From: a virus
Reading direction: 5' to 3' (one strand)
IMG/VR virus record: IMGVR_UViG_3300037483_001670
Coordinates: 118,424-182,423 of that record
DNA: 64,000 bases
Part shown: piece by piece, positions 8,677-16,937 of the stretch
Position numbering within the stretch: the stretch's first letter is position 1
How the letters are laid out: each line of letters starts with the position of its first letter
Translations under genes and position numbers: made by a program
The notes under the pieces: generated by a model
The model's input: only the letters and a program-made list of their open reading frames with translations
Database searches by the model: none
Told to the model about the DNA's origin: nothing

Positions 8677-8858
8677 ATTTTCTGCGTCGTCGTTGATGCA
8701 AACACCACCATGTCGCCTTCGCGCACACACGCTTTGTGCACGTCGTGCTCGTTTCCCGCCTCGTCCCGAATGCGCGTGAACACCCGCCCATGAAAGCGCC
8801 GCGAGCACGCCCAGCAGAACTTGACCCTCGGCTGTTCTGGACCGGCCTTCCAGCTCAC
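8667..8858 (-). CDS. small hypothetical protein
   Basis: FCWACS...VHKAC; coupled to upstream ORF. Confidence 0.45.
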   Translation of the reverse strand: MSWKAGPEQPRVKFCWACSRRFHGRVFTRIRDEAGNEHDVHKACVREGDMVVFASTTTQKMGT

Positions 8859-9235
8859 GGCGCTTCCGGCTTGGGTGCGACCGGCATGGCGATCTGATCG
8901 AGCGGAAATCGTTGGTACCGCACGCCCGTCTCGGCAGCGGGATCATCTATCGCGACCAGAAGCGCGACGACCTTCCCGTCCTCGACGACGAACTCAGCCT
9001 TTCGTCCGGGCTTGTCGCTCGGCGGAAGAATGATCCTCGGCAGCCTTGGGTTGTACTGCATGCCGAGCGGCAAAAGAAACTGCTCGGTCCAGTCGACCTC
9101 GCCATCGTCCTTGCGCACGGTGAGCGTGATGAGCCGCATGCTGCCGTCGGGAGCCTCGCCAAGCTCGCACTCGGTACCTGCAAAGTGCGTGAACCCAGGA
9201 TGGGAGACGCTCGGTATCGGGCTCGAGATGAACAT
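8855..9235 (-). CDS. hypothetical protein
   Basis: 126 aa ORF in operon. Confidence 0.6.
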   Translation of the reverse strand: MFISSPIPSVSHPGFTHFAGTECELGEAPDGSMRLITLTVRKDDGEVDWTEQFLLPLGMQYNPRLPRIILPPSDKPGRKAEFVVEDGKVVALLVAIDDPAAETGVRYQRFPLDQIAMPVAPKPEAP

Positions 9236-9238
9236 TGG

Positions 9239-9454
9239 CTAACCCGTCGCTGAGATCCGCTCGACGCGGCGGAGCTCGAGCGGACCCTTCAGCGCTCGAA
9301 CCAACTCCGCGGCGTGGTTACCGCAGCGCCAGTGCTTTCCGTGGCCTTCGACCTCTCGAATCGAAATGGTTGCTTCCCTGCGCTGCGTCGTCCCGACGTA
9401 CAGACACCCATCGTGGTCGCAATACTTGTCCGACATCTCGATGCATTCACTCAT
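9239..9454 (-). CDS. small hypothetical protein, probably leaderless
   Basis: GGTACGAT-CGTCAC directly before ATG; CDHDGC...CGNH. Confidence 0.55.
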   Translation of the reverse strand: MSECIEMSDKYCDHDGCLYVGTTQRREATISIREVEGHGKHWRCGNHAAELVRALKGPLELRRVERISATG

Positions 9455-10103
9455 GTGACGATCGTACCATAACTGCGGAGCCAGAGGGGCGTCCCGCGCG
9501 GAGCAGAGCCGCCAGCTTGCACCTCGGACATCCCGGCCCAAAATACCCGATCTCACACTCTGGGCAGTACGCCTCGGCCATCTCTACGCCGTTCTGCCGA
9601 AGCTCCATTCCTAGCTCTTCGATCGGCCGAAGGCATCGATTCGGAACTTCGAAATATGGATGCTCGTAGTCGCCCTTCTTCCAGTACTCCACCTTCTTCG
9701 CGTCTTGTCCCCAGCACCAGCCAGCCACCACGCACGCCTGCTCCGTCGGCCGATCCGTGACCACAACAAATACGTACGGAGACCGCTCGCTGTTGAACTC
9801 GGGAATCAGCAGATGGCCGCTCGCTCTGTCGGTCGCCTTCACTTCCAGCGGTCCCACGTCATGCCCGTCACGCCGCCACTTTTGCCAGGCCGCGCTCGGC
9901 AAGAACATCCCGTCCCACGGCAACCGAAGCACCTTCGAGACGACCCATTCCCCCAGACACCCGACCATGTCGCTTCGCCCGATCCCCATCGGGTGAAAAC
10001 CAAGCCTACCGTGTCGTTGGTTTTCAGCCGTTCGCATCCGTGCCACACCACGGATCAGGTCCCATTCTGGGCCGGTAAGAAGCACTTGGGCGCCTGCACG
10101 CAT
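9447..10103 (-). CDS. putative PD-(D/E)XK-fold nuclease
   Basis: GCLGEWVV...GHDVGPLEVKAT. Confidence 0.5.
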   Translation of the reverse strand: MRAGAQVLLTGPEWDLIRGVARMRTAENQRHGRLGFHPMGIGRSDMVGCLGEWVVSKVLRLPWDGMFLPSAAWQKWRRDGHDVGPLEVKATDRASGHLLIPEFNSERSPYVFVVVTDRPTEQACVVAGWCWGQDAKKVEYWKKGDYEHPYFEVPNRCLRPIEELGMELRQNGVEMAEAYCPECEIGYFGPGCPRCKLAALLRAGRPSGSAVMVRSSHE

Positions 10104-10182
10104 TCCAAGCGGAACGCTACCAACAAGACCACAATCTCGTCAGCAGCGATCGTGCCAGACGATAGGTCACGCAATGTCACAG

Positions 10183-10257
10183 TGGTGGAGACGAGGGGAG
10201 TCGGACCCCTGTCGGACGCGTGCGAGGCGGCTGCTCTCCCAGTTGAGCTACGTCCCC
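10183..10257 (-). tRNA. tRNA-Ala(CGC)
   Basis: cloverleaf, CCA, T-loop TCCGACT. Confidence 0.85.
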
Positions 10258-10262
10258 AAAAG

Positions 10263-10330
10263 CAGGCCGGCGCAGAGTCGAACTGCGTCCCGCGGGGTTG
10301 GAATCCGCTCGGCTCCCCAGCCTCCGACCT
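10263..10330 (-). tRNA. atypical tRNA-Trp(CCA) with minimal D-loop
   Basis: AGGTCGG/CCGGCCT acceptor, D-arm GGCT-GGGG-AGCC, loop TT-CCA-AC, normal T-arm, G73. Confidence 0.7.
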
Positions 10331-10336
10331 ATGCAG

Positions 10337-10408
10337 CGCCGCGTTCCGGATTCGAACCGGACACCCGCCGTCGACAGCGGCGTCGCTTCCCGAGCTGCGT
10401 CACGCGGC
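10337..10408 (-). tRNA. tRNA-Asp(GTC)
   Basis: cloverleaf. Confidence 0.9.
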
Positions 10409-10409
10409 T

Positions 10410-10988
10410 CTACTTCTTGTTGCGGCCCTTCTTCGGTGCCGCCTCGGGCAGCGCCAGGAACGACGTCTTGCCGGCGAGCATCGCCAGGAGCGCTTCAGGC
10501 TTCTTGCGGATCGCCTCGAGCCGGTTCCCAGCCGCTTCAATCGTCTCGCGCAACCGGCCGAGCGCCGCCCACGTTTCTTCCGTGTACGGCAGCAGCGTCC
10601 GCATCTCCGGGTACTCGACGTATCGCTCGCTTCGGCGCGTCGGATCGTCCGAGTCCTCAGAGTGGGCCCGCTGCAATTGCCCACCGTCGAGCCGCTCCGC
10701 GAACTCGAATCGCACGTACGACAGCACGAGCCGCACGTGCTCGCAGTGATGCTTCTGAACCTCGTCGATGCCGCCCTCCACCTCGATCATCGGTTTCCAC
10801 TCGAGCTGGACCGCGCGCGGAATCATCTCGACCGTCAGCTTCTTACAGGTCTCCACGTCGGGCGCTTCGACTCGCTCGATGCCGAGCTGCGCAAAGAACA
10901 CCTTGTCCTCGCGATCGAACATGATGTCCACCTTGGCGAGACGGTGGTGCACGTCGTCAACCTTGTAGGGCTTCAGCTTCCTCGGCAT
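10410..10988 (-). CDS. hypothetical protein
   Basis: 192 aa ORF filling the gap between tRNAs. Confidence 0.75.
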   Translation of the reverse strand: MPRKLKPYKVDDVHHRLAKVDIMFDREDKVFFAQLGIERVEAPDVETCKKLTVEMIPRAVQLEWKPMIEVEGGIDEVQKHHCEHVRLVLSYVRFEFAERLDGGQLQRAHSEDSDDPTRRSERYVEYPEMRTLLPYTEETWAALGRLRETIEAAGNRLEAIRKKPEALLAMLAGKTSFLALPEAAPKKGRNKK

Positions 10989-11001
10989 CGGGTCCCTTCC
11001 G

Positions 11002-11078
11002 CGCCCCCGGCAAGATTCGAACTTGCGTGCTTTTGCCGCTTTAGGAAAGCGGTGCCTGATCCACTAGGCTACGGGGGC
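11002..11078 (-). tRNA. tRNA-Arg(CCT)
   Basis: cloverleaf. Confidence 0.9.
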
Positions 11079-11110
11079 AAAACGTTACGATCGTACTAGC
11101 ACGGTCGTGA

Positions 11111-11197
11111 TGGTGTGACGTACGGGAATCGAACCCGTGTGTGACCTTTCGGTCCTCGAGCCACAATCGAGCGCCTTACCACTCGGCCAACGTCACC
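11111..11197 (-). tRNA. tRNA-His(GTG) with long variable arm and A73
   Basis: loop TT-GTG-GC; variable arm GACC-GAAA-GGTC; CCA. Confidence 0.85.
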
Positions 11198-11202
11198 ACG
11201 AG

Positions 11203-11274
11203 TCGGGGTGAGAGGACTCGAACCTCCAGCATGCTGCACCCAAAACAGCCCCTCTACCTTTGAGGTACACCCCG
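11203..11274 (-). tRNA. tRNA-Pro(TGG)
   Basis: cloverleaf. Confidence 0.9.
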
Positions 11275-11275
11275 G

Positions 11276-11348
11276 CGGACGACCCCGGTTTCGATCCGGG
11301 CTCTCCTAGGCTTCAGCTAGGCGCTTTCACCAGATTAGCTTGCCGTCC
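11276..11348 (-). tRNA. tRNA-Phe(GAA)
   Basis: cloverleaf, T-loop ATCGAAA. Confidence 0.85.
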
Positions 11349-11367
11349 TTGTGTTACAAACGTAACT

Positions 11368-11586
11368 GTGCTCGGTTTCGAAGCTCTCCTCAGCTCCCTC
11401 CCAACCTGCGAGGGGCGCCACCGACGATCTGGGCGCAGATGCCGCGCCCCGGGCCGGGTGACCGACGTCTTTTCGCGCCGGGTCTACTGCTGCCTGCACG
11501 CCCCCGGCTGCCGCGACGAACGCCTCCAGCGTCAGCTCGAAAAGGTGCGCCTCCGTGACATGGTGCGTCAAGCGTACGGTTTCTAG
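11368..11586 (+). CDS. small hypothetical protein
   Basis: GTG 1 nt after palindromic motif; fills inter-tRNA gap. Confidence 0.35.
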   Translation: MLGFEALLSSLPTCEGRHRRSGRRCRAPGRVTDVFSRRVYCCLHAPGCRDERLQRQLEKVRLRDMVRQAYGF

Positions 11587-11659
11587 TACCCCCGGCCGGA
11601 TTCGAACCGGCCTTTGCTGATCGAGAATCAGCCGTCCTACCCGAGTAGACGACGGGGGC
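11587..11659 (-). tRNA. tRNA-Glu(CTC)
   Basis: cloverleaf. Confidence 0.9.
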
Positions 11660-11663
11660 AGCA

Positions 11664-11737
11664 TGGAGCCGACGGCGGGAGTCGAACCCGCTCACGCCCG
11701 CTTACAAGACGGGGACCCTCCTCAGGGCGACATCGGC
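11664..11737 (-). tRNA. tRNA-Thr(TGT)
   Basis: cloverleaf, short D-loop, CCA. Confidence 0.85.
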
Positions 11738-11852
11738 GGATGTCAATACGTTTCAGCTGGATCGTGCGAGCGATGCGTCTCCGCAAGTCGAGAGCGAAAA
11801 TGCGGTTGTGTCTCGAGCCGCATCCCGAGTACGGTTGAGATCAGCTGCACCC

Positions 11853-12131
11853 ATGGCCACCGCTGAGCTTCCCAAAGACGCCGACCCGTCGTTTCACGTT
11901 CTGAAGGCAGCTATCGAAGAGGTGAGCGCGGACTCGAGGGCGGCCCGGGAGGCGGTCGACCGACTGACGTCGAAGGACGGTGCCCTCAAGCAGCTGTCGA
12001 ACCACGTACTGAAGCTGCACCAAAGCATCAGCCCGATCGGCAAGCTTCAGCAGCTCGGTTTCATCGCGATCGTCAGCATCATCGTCACGATGACAACGCT
12101 GGCCATCGCCGCCGGCCTCGCGCCGCACTGA
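11853..12131 (+). CDS. coiled-coil protein with C-terminal TM
   Basis: heptads then LGFIAIVSIIVTMTTLAIAAGL. Confidence 0.6.
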   Translation: MATAELPKDADPSFHVLKAAIEEVSADSRAAREAVDRLTSKDGALKQLSNHVLKLHQSISPIGKLQQLGFIAIVSIIVTMTTLAIAAGLAPH

Positions 12132-12132
12132 G

Positions 12133-12203
12133 AGCCACCGTCCGGAGTCGAACCGGAGCCTGCGCCTTACGAGTGCGCTGCTCGACCGATGAGCTACGAT
12201 GGC
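12133..12203 (-). tRNA. tRNA-Thr(CGT)
   Basis: cloverleaf. Confidence 0.9.
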
Positions 12204-12208
12204 CGTAG

Positions 12209-12283
12209 CTGTGGGGGCAGGCCTCGAACCTGCACATCAGCGCATTAACAGTGCGCCCGCTTGCCAAGTTTGCGTACCCCACA
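12209..12283 (-). tRNA. tRNA-Asn(GTT)
   Basis: cloverleaf. Confidence 0.9.
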
Positions 12284-12482
12284 ATGAATCTGAGCCGGGG
12301 ACCCCACGATGGGGTCCCCGCTCCTCGTTCTCGAGAGAGGCAGCGCAGGTTGCGCCGAGTCGCGGAGGCTCCCAGTGTAATCGTGAGCACGCGTGCTCGT
12401 GCGCGTTTCGACCACGTGGTCGTGCCGGCACAAACCAGATCCCGTCAAATTGTCAACGAACATCCGTCTTGCGACGGAGTAG

Positions 12483-12553
12483 CTCGGGGACAAGGATTCG
12501 AACCTTGATCGACCGCTTCAGAGGCGGCTGCCCTACCGTTGGACGATCCCCGA
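12483..12553 (-). tRNA. tRNA-Gln(CTG)
   Basis: cloverleaf. Confidence 0.9.
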
Positions 12554-12563
12554 ATGTCTTCAG

Positions 12564-12637
12564 TGCGCTCGGTGGGCTTCGATCCCACGACCTTTCGCTT
12601 AAGAGGCGATTGCTCTGACCAGCTGAGCTACGAGCGC
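12564..12637 (-). tRNA. tRNA-Lys(CTT)
   Basis: cloverleaf. Confidence 0.9.
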
Positions 12638-12643
12638 GCTCAG

Positions 12644-12716
12644 TGGACCGGATGGGAGTCGAACCCACAACTTTCGAGTTAAAAGCTCGCTACGCTGCCA
12701 ATTGCGTCACCGGTCC
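12644..12716 (-). tRNA. tRNA-Lys(TTT)
   Basis: cloverleaf. Confidence 0.9.
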
Positions 12717-12763
12717 CTTCTCGGTTTTGGACCGCGCTTCTGTTTCTTCATCACGTCACCTCG

Positions 12764-12844
12764 TGGAGCGCGGTGGAGTCGAACCACCTGCCGTAGGCCA
12801 CCGGTTTACAGCCGGCTAGAGCTCCCGGGCTCTCTACGCGCTCC
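12764..12844 (-). tRNA. tRNA-Tyr(GTA)
   Basis: cloverleaf with long variable arm. Confidence 0.85.
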
Positions 12845-13078
12845 AGAAACGCCGAAGGCCGCTCTCAGTTTCCCGAGGCGGCCTTCACGTCGAACAACTT
12901 GAGTGAATGGCCGCCTTACGTATCCACCTCCGGATTGGCGAGCTGCTTTTCGGAGGTGGTATGCGCAGGTAGATAGCTAAAACCGCGCCCCGAAATGACA
13001 CACCACGCCATCGCGAAGGGTGACCTTCGCAACGTCGATGTGGCTATCGAGAGCGCATTTCTTTGCATGACCCTGTTG

Positions 13079-13106
13079 ACGCTACCACAGCTACGAGGCA
13101 CGTCAA
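13079..13106 (-). promoter_or_regulatory. putative sigma70-type promoter of tRNA array
   Basis: TTGACG-16 nt-TAGCGT, upstream of a structured leader. Confidence 0.5.
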
Positions 13107-13130
13107 GTACCGAAGGAGTACGATCGTAAC

Positions 13131-13409
13131 ATGAGCGAAACAGGCCCCGACTTCACCGACGAACTTCCGCCGATTGTCATCCCGACGATCGGCCGCATCG
13201 TGCTGTACACCCTGACCAACGGCCCACACTCGGGCGAGGACCGACCCGCAATGGTCACGAAGGTTCTCGAACACGGCCAGCTCCACCTCAACGTCTTCAC
13301 GTTGGGCGTCGACGACGGAGCGACCTACAGCAAGTCGCCCACTGTCACAGTTGCCGAGCCGAGCCGCCACCGCGACTTAGGCAAGTGGCACTGGCCCGCA
13401 CGCGTATGA
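13131..13409 (+). CDS. conserved-looking phage hypothetical protein, leaderless
   Basis: PTIGRIVLY...PAMVTKV...LHLNVF...WHWPARV pattern; TACGAT-CGTAAC-ATG. Confidence 0.75.
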   Translation: MSETGPDFTDELPPIVIPTIGRIVLYTLTNGPHSGEDRPAMVTKVLEHGQLHLNVFTLGVDDGATYSKSPTVTVAEPSRHRDLGKWHWPARV

Positions 13410-13585
13410 GCAAAAAGACGTACGATCGGTTCGTTGACTTTGCGATGTCGCGCGGAGCTCACGCCTCCACTCCGCGCGGCATCGCGCTTTTTCAGCAGTA
13501 CATCTGCGCCATGCTCGACAAGCTCGCGGAGGGCGGCAGCCCTCACGTCCCCGCCACCGGCCAGCGCGTCTTCTCGGGCATCTAG
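13406..13585 (+). CDS. small hypothetical protein
   Basis: ATGA overlap. Confidence 0.5.
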   Translation: MSKKTYDRFVDFAMSRGAHASTPRGIALFQQYICAMLDKLAEGGSPHVPATGQRVFSGI

Positions 13586-13914
13586 TCTCACCGACCGACA
13601 GCGGAGAAGCAACGTGGCTCCTCGAGCATCCGGACGACGTGCGCGTGACGACGCGCGACGAGGATTGGTTCGGGTGGGCCGAAGGCAAGCACGTCGAGAT
13701 CATCGTGCGGCGCGCGGAGGCAGCACCGGCTGCTTCCCGTGGCCGTGCTGCGTCGCGTACATCAAAACCCAGTAAGAAGTCCGCGCAGGCTGCGAGCACT
13801 GCTTCCGCGAAACGTCGCCGCAAGCGCGGCAATGGAAGTGAATGAAGTACCGCGAGTACGCGTCGGTCGTCGTCGCGTAGAGGACGTGCTCCAGGTTCGG
13901 AACGGCGACCCAGT

Positions 13915-14361
13915 TCAGCTGGGGCCTCCCGCTGGCTGCGCCGCGGCGCCGTTGGTCGCCGGCGGCTGATCCGGCGCGGCCGCGGGGACCACCTCGATCG
14001 ACCGGAAAAGCTCGAGGGCGCGCACCCTCTTCGATTCCGCTTCGCCGGCCTTCGCGAGCGCGACGGTCATCGTATCGAGGAGCTCGTGGTTCGGGTTGAC
14101 CATCACGTGCCGGCAGATGTCGAGCAGATCGGTCACCGCCTTGTAGGCCGCGATGCGCTTCTGCCGCCCGATCTCCTTCAAGAGATCGTCCGGGTCCGGC
14201 ACGCCATCCGCGTCCGCCGACGCCACCGGCGGCCGACGATTGGGCAGCACTCGACGGACGACGTGCATGACGGCGGAGGCCGCCACGCCGACGGCGGCGA
14301 ACCCGAGAAGACTGGACGCGAAGACCGCGTCGCGGACCTGACCACGGTTGGAGGGCGACAT
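13915..14361 (-). CDS. hypothetical protein with N-terminal TM
   Basis: SSLLGFAAVGVAASAVMHVV. Confidence 0.6.
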   Translation of the reverse strand: MSPSNRGQVRDAVFASSLLGFAAVGVAASAVMHVVRRVLPNRRPPVASADADGVPDPDDLLKEIGRQKRIAAYKAVTDLLDICRHVMVNPNHELLDTMTVALAKAGEAESKRVRALELFRSIEVVPAAAPDQPPATNGAAAQPAGGPS

Positions 14362-14371
14362 CCCCGACACC

Positions 14372-14761
14372 CTACCCCGACTTGGTCGGAAATTCAGCTT
14401 CCTCGGCTGCCGTAAAGCCGTAGTCGCGACCATCGTACTCGGGCCTATCGGTCTCCATCCCCGCTTCCTTGGCGCTGTGCTCCCTCCAAAACTGCCGCAC
14501 CTCGCCGAGGCCGTCGATGACGGGCTTGAGGCCACGCATGCCCTTGCCGCGCGAGCGCGCCTTGACGCCGATGAGCTCGTCGAGCGCCCCGTCGATCATG
14601 GAGAGCGACACCGCGTGCCGCATGCCGGTCGACGCGAGCGCGTAGACCATCGACGATTGCCCGCCGTGCCAATCGAAGAGCCGCTCGACCAGCGTGTCCG
14701 GGAGGACGATCTGGCGCTTGCGCCAAGCCGTCTCGTGGGTTCCGTTCCTTTTGGCTGCCAT
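14372..14761 (-). CDS. hypothetical protein
   Basis: GGAGG RBS; WHGGQSSMVYAL motif. Confidence 0.7.
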   Translation of the reverse strand: MAAKRNGTHETAWRKRQIVLPDTLVERLFDWHGGQSSMVYALASTGMRHAVSLSMIDGALDELIGVKARSRGKGMRGLKPVIDGLGEVRQFWREHSAKEAGMETDRPEYDGRDYGFTAAEEAEFPTKSG

Positions 14762-14770
14762 CGCGACCTC

Positions 14771-15013
14771 CTACTTGTCGAACCGGAGCCGCATGCGCTC
14801 CTCCCAATCGGCACGCATCGAGAGAAGGAGAGGGTCCGCGTCGTGGATGCGCTGGATCTGCGCGACCGGGTCCATACCGGCCGAGGCGAACGCCGCTGCG
14901 GCCCCGAGCGACATTTCGAGCACCTTGACGACGGTGCCGACGGGCCCGCTCACGTGCGGCGAGAGCGCCGAAACCCCGCTATGAAGCTTCTCGAGAACCG
15001 TCACCAGATCCAT
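14771..15013 (-). CDS. small hypothetical protein (lysis region)
   Basis: RBS GGAGG; overlaps lipoprotein gene. Confidence 0.6.
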   Translation of the reverse strand: MDLVTVLEKLHSGVSALSPHVSGPVGTVVKVLEMSLGAAAAFASAGMDPVAQIQRIHDADPLLLSMRADWEERMRLRFDK

Positions 15014-15443
15014 GATTTCCTCCCGAACAAAGCACGCCGGCAATCGGCGCTATTTTGATGTCGTCGCGCTTCGGCAAGAGCGGCGCGAGCTGGCAGAACG
15101 CCCGTTCCACGGCGCTGTACGCGGCCGTCGTGTCGCCACCCTGCTCGAGAATCTTCGCCCAGGCGTCCTCGGCGATGGAAAGCGCCTTGTGCGCGTTCCA
15201 CATGGGCTGCCACTTCGCTTCGATGGCGACGAGCCACATCTTTGCGGTGGCCTTGTCAGGGGCGCGGTCGATGGCGTCGTTGCCCTCTTTTTGCTCCATG
15301 TCGCGGAGCAGTGGCGTGAGCGCGTTGACGCTCGCCGCGATCGTGTTCGCGGCTTTCGTCTGCACTTCGATCGACTTCGGGCCGCAACCCGGCGAGAGGA
15401 TGAGCACCGCAGCAAACACGATCGCACTAAGGAATCTGCGCAT
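14979..15443 (-). CDS. lipoprotein (spanin-like candidate)
   Basis: MRRFLSAIVFAAVLILSPG-C lipobox, helical mature part. Confidence 0.7.
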   Translation of the reverse strand: MRRFLSAIVFAAVLILSPGCGPKSIEVQTKAANTIAASVNALTPLLRDMEQKEGNDAIDRAPDKATAKMWLVAIEAKWQPMWNAHKALSIAEDAWAKILEQGGDTTAAYSAVERAFCQLAPLLPKRDDIKIAPIAGVLCSGGNHGSGDGSREAS

Positions 15444-15768
15444 TTTCGCCTCCAACTTGCTCGTCGAGCCAAGCAAACGGGTTGATCAGGTACTTGTACG
15501 GCTCGAGGTCGACGATCATGGACAAGCCGTAGAGGACGGCCGCGCCGGCGCCGAACTTGATCATATTCTTGCGCGCGTCGTCCTCCATCCCCTCGACGAA
15601 CAGGTGATGGAACGCGTGGTAACCGATCCCGACGCCGCCGATAAGACCCATGGCGATGAGCAGGAGCTGTTTGTCCTCTGCCGTCGGGTTGATGACACCA
15701 AGACCGTTCACCGCGCCGGACGGCCGACACGTTTGCCCGGGTGAGCTCGGGTCGGTTGTCCAGTTCAT
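15427..15768 (-). CDS. two-TM membrane protein
   Basis: NGLGV motif followed by two hydrophobic helices. Confidence 0.6.
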   Translation of the reverse strand: MNWTTDPSSPGQTCRPSGAVNGLGVINPTAEDKQLLLIAMGLIGGVGIGYHAFHHLFVEGMEDDARKNMIKFGAGAAVLYGLSMIVDLEPYKYLINPFAWLDEQVGGENAQIP

Positions 15769-16625
15769 GGAAGCGGCGGCCGTTGGTTGCAACCCGCTTC
15801 CGCCGCGGTAAGCGCACGTTCGGTTGCCACGAGGCTCGGACGAATCGCTTCGTCGCGCCACGATCGCATCCCGTCGTCGACGACAAACGGAGAACCCACC
15901 GGAGCCGCCGCGTCACTAAAGGAGACCGGCAGCCAATAGTCGCCGTCCGCGCTGGCGTGCAGACCCAGCAAGAACTCGAGAAACGGATTGCGACCACCGA
16001 TCCAACCGTTCGCGTCTCTCCGCACCGCATCCAGAACGATGCGAACTTTGTCGTTCCTCCGGTCGTGGCATTTTCGATAGTAGTCGCTCCGTTCTTGGTC
16101 AGTCAGCGCATCGATCGCAGCTCCAACTTCGCGTTCGAGAAGACGATCGTCCGTGCTGAGACCTTCGATCGCGTCCGCCACATGACCTGTCGCGCGCAAA
16201 GCTACCGCTGTCTCAGCAGCCAAAAGCTGCAATTTCGCAAACGGCACCAAACTCGCCAAATGCAGCTCCGGTCCAGGTCGGGAAATGTACAGCTGGTTGC
16301 GACGAGCCTCGGCCAGATATTCACCGTCGGCCGCGCGTCGTGTCGGCGGCACCAACGCAGTTTCATCCACCGCGATCCGCCCGAACGCATCGAACTGCCT
16401 CACCCGACCGAGCGCATCCTCTCGCGTCCCAGCTGGCATCAACTGCTCACCACCAATCGGCACATTGGCGATCTCCTGCGGCGCTGTCGCCACCATGGGC
16501 AGCGGCTGTGGCTCCACCTCGACAGCCCCTCCAAGCCGCATCGCGATCACCGATAGCACCGTACCAACGCCGTACCGCGCCAAAAGATCATCGATCTCTT
16601 TTTTGCCTTTTGCGTCGAGCATCAC
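15765..16625 (-). CDS. hypothetical protein
   Basis: 286 aa ORF in operon. Confidence 0.7.
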   Translation of the reverse strand: MMLDAKGKKEIDDLLARYGVGTVLSVIAMRLGGAVEVEPQPLPMVATAPQEIANVPIGGEQLMPAGTREDALGRVRQFDAFGRIAVDETALVPPTRRAADGEYLAEARRNQLYISRPGPELHLASLVPFAKLQLLAAETAVALRATGHVADAIEGLSTDDRLLEREVGAAIDALTDQERSDYYRKCHDRRNDKVRIVLDAVRRDANGWIGGRNPFLEFLLGLHASADGDYWLPVSFSDAAAPVGSPFVVDDGMRSWRDEAIRPSLVATERALTAAEAGCNQRPPLP

Positions 16626-16646
16626 ATCTCTCCCTTATCGAAGGCC

Positions 16647-16934
16647 CTACGGAACGCGTCCCTGCGCGGTCACCTTGATCTCGAAGCGCTGAAACACCGA
16701 CGCCTCCGGGTCCTCGTCGTACTGCTCGACCGCGTCGTCCCCGCCATACCACTTCGCCCCGGCTCGGCTCCAAACGAGCACGTCGAGCACCGACGTGCCG
16801 CGGTCTCCGGTGGTCTCAAGTGTGGCGGCGACGCTGATCGCGAAGCCGGCCGCCTCGTCGAACTTCTTGAACGTGCGCTGCTTGCCTCGCGCGTCGTCCA
16901 CCGCGAACTCGACATCCTTGTGCGTCGTTGCCAT
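16647..16934 (-). CDS. hypothetical protein
   Basis: 95 aa globular ORF. Confidence 0.7.
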   Translation of the reverse strand: MATTHKDVEFAVDDARGKQRTFKKFDEAAGFAISVAATLETTGDRGTSVLDVLVWSRAGAKWYGGDDAVEQYDEDPEASVFQRFEIKVTAQGRVP

Positions 16935-16937
16935 CGT

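Noticed and set aside
9660-11099. 479-aa plus-strand ORF
   Set aside because: Runs antisense through several tRNAs and two better-supported genes
402-12844. Regularly recurring GGAGTCGAACC / GGATTCGAACC as a CRISPR array
   Set aside because: These are antisense tRNA T-arms; spacing irregular; no cas genes
15765-15845. tRNA-like stretch
   Set aside because: No pairable T-stem or acceptor stem; lies inside a CDS
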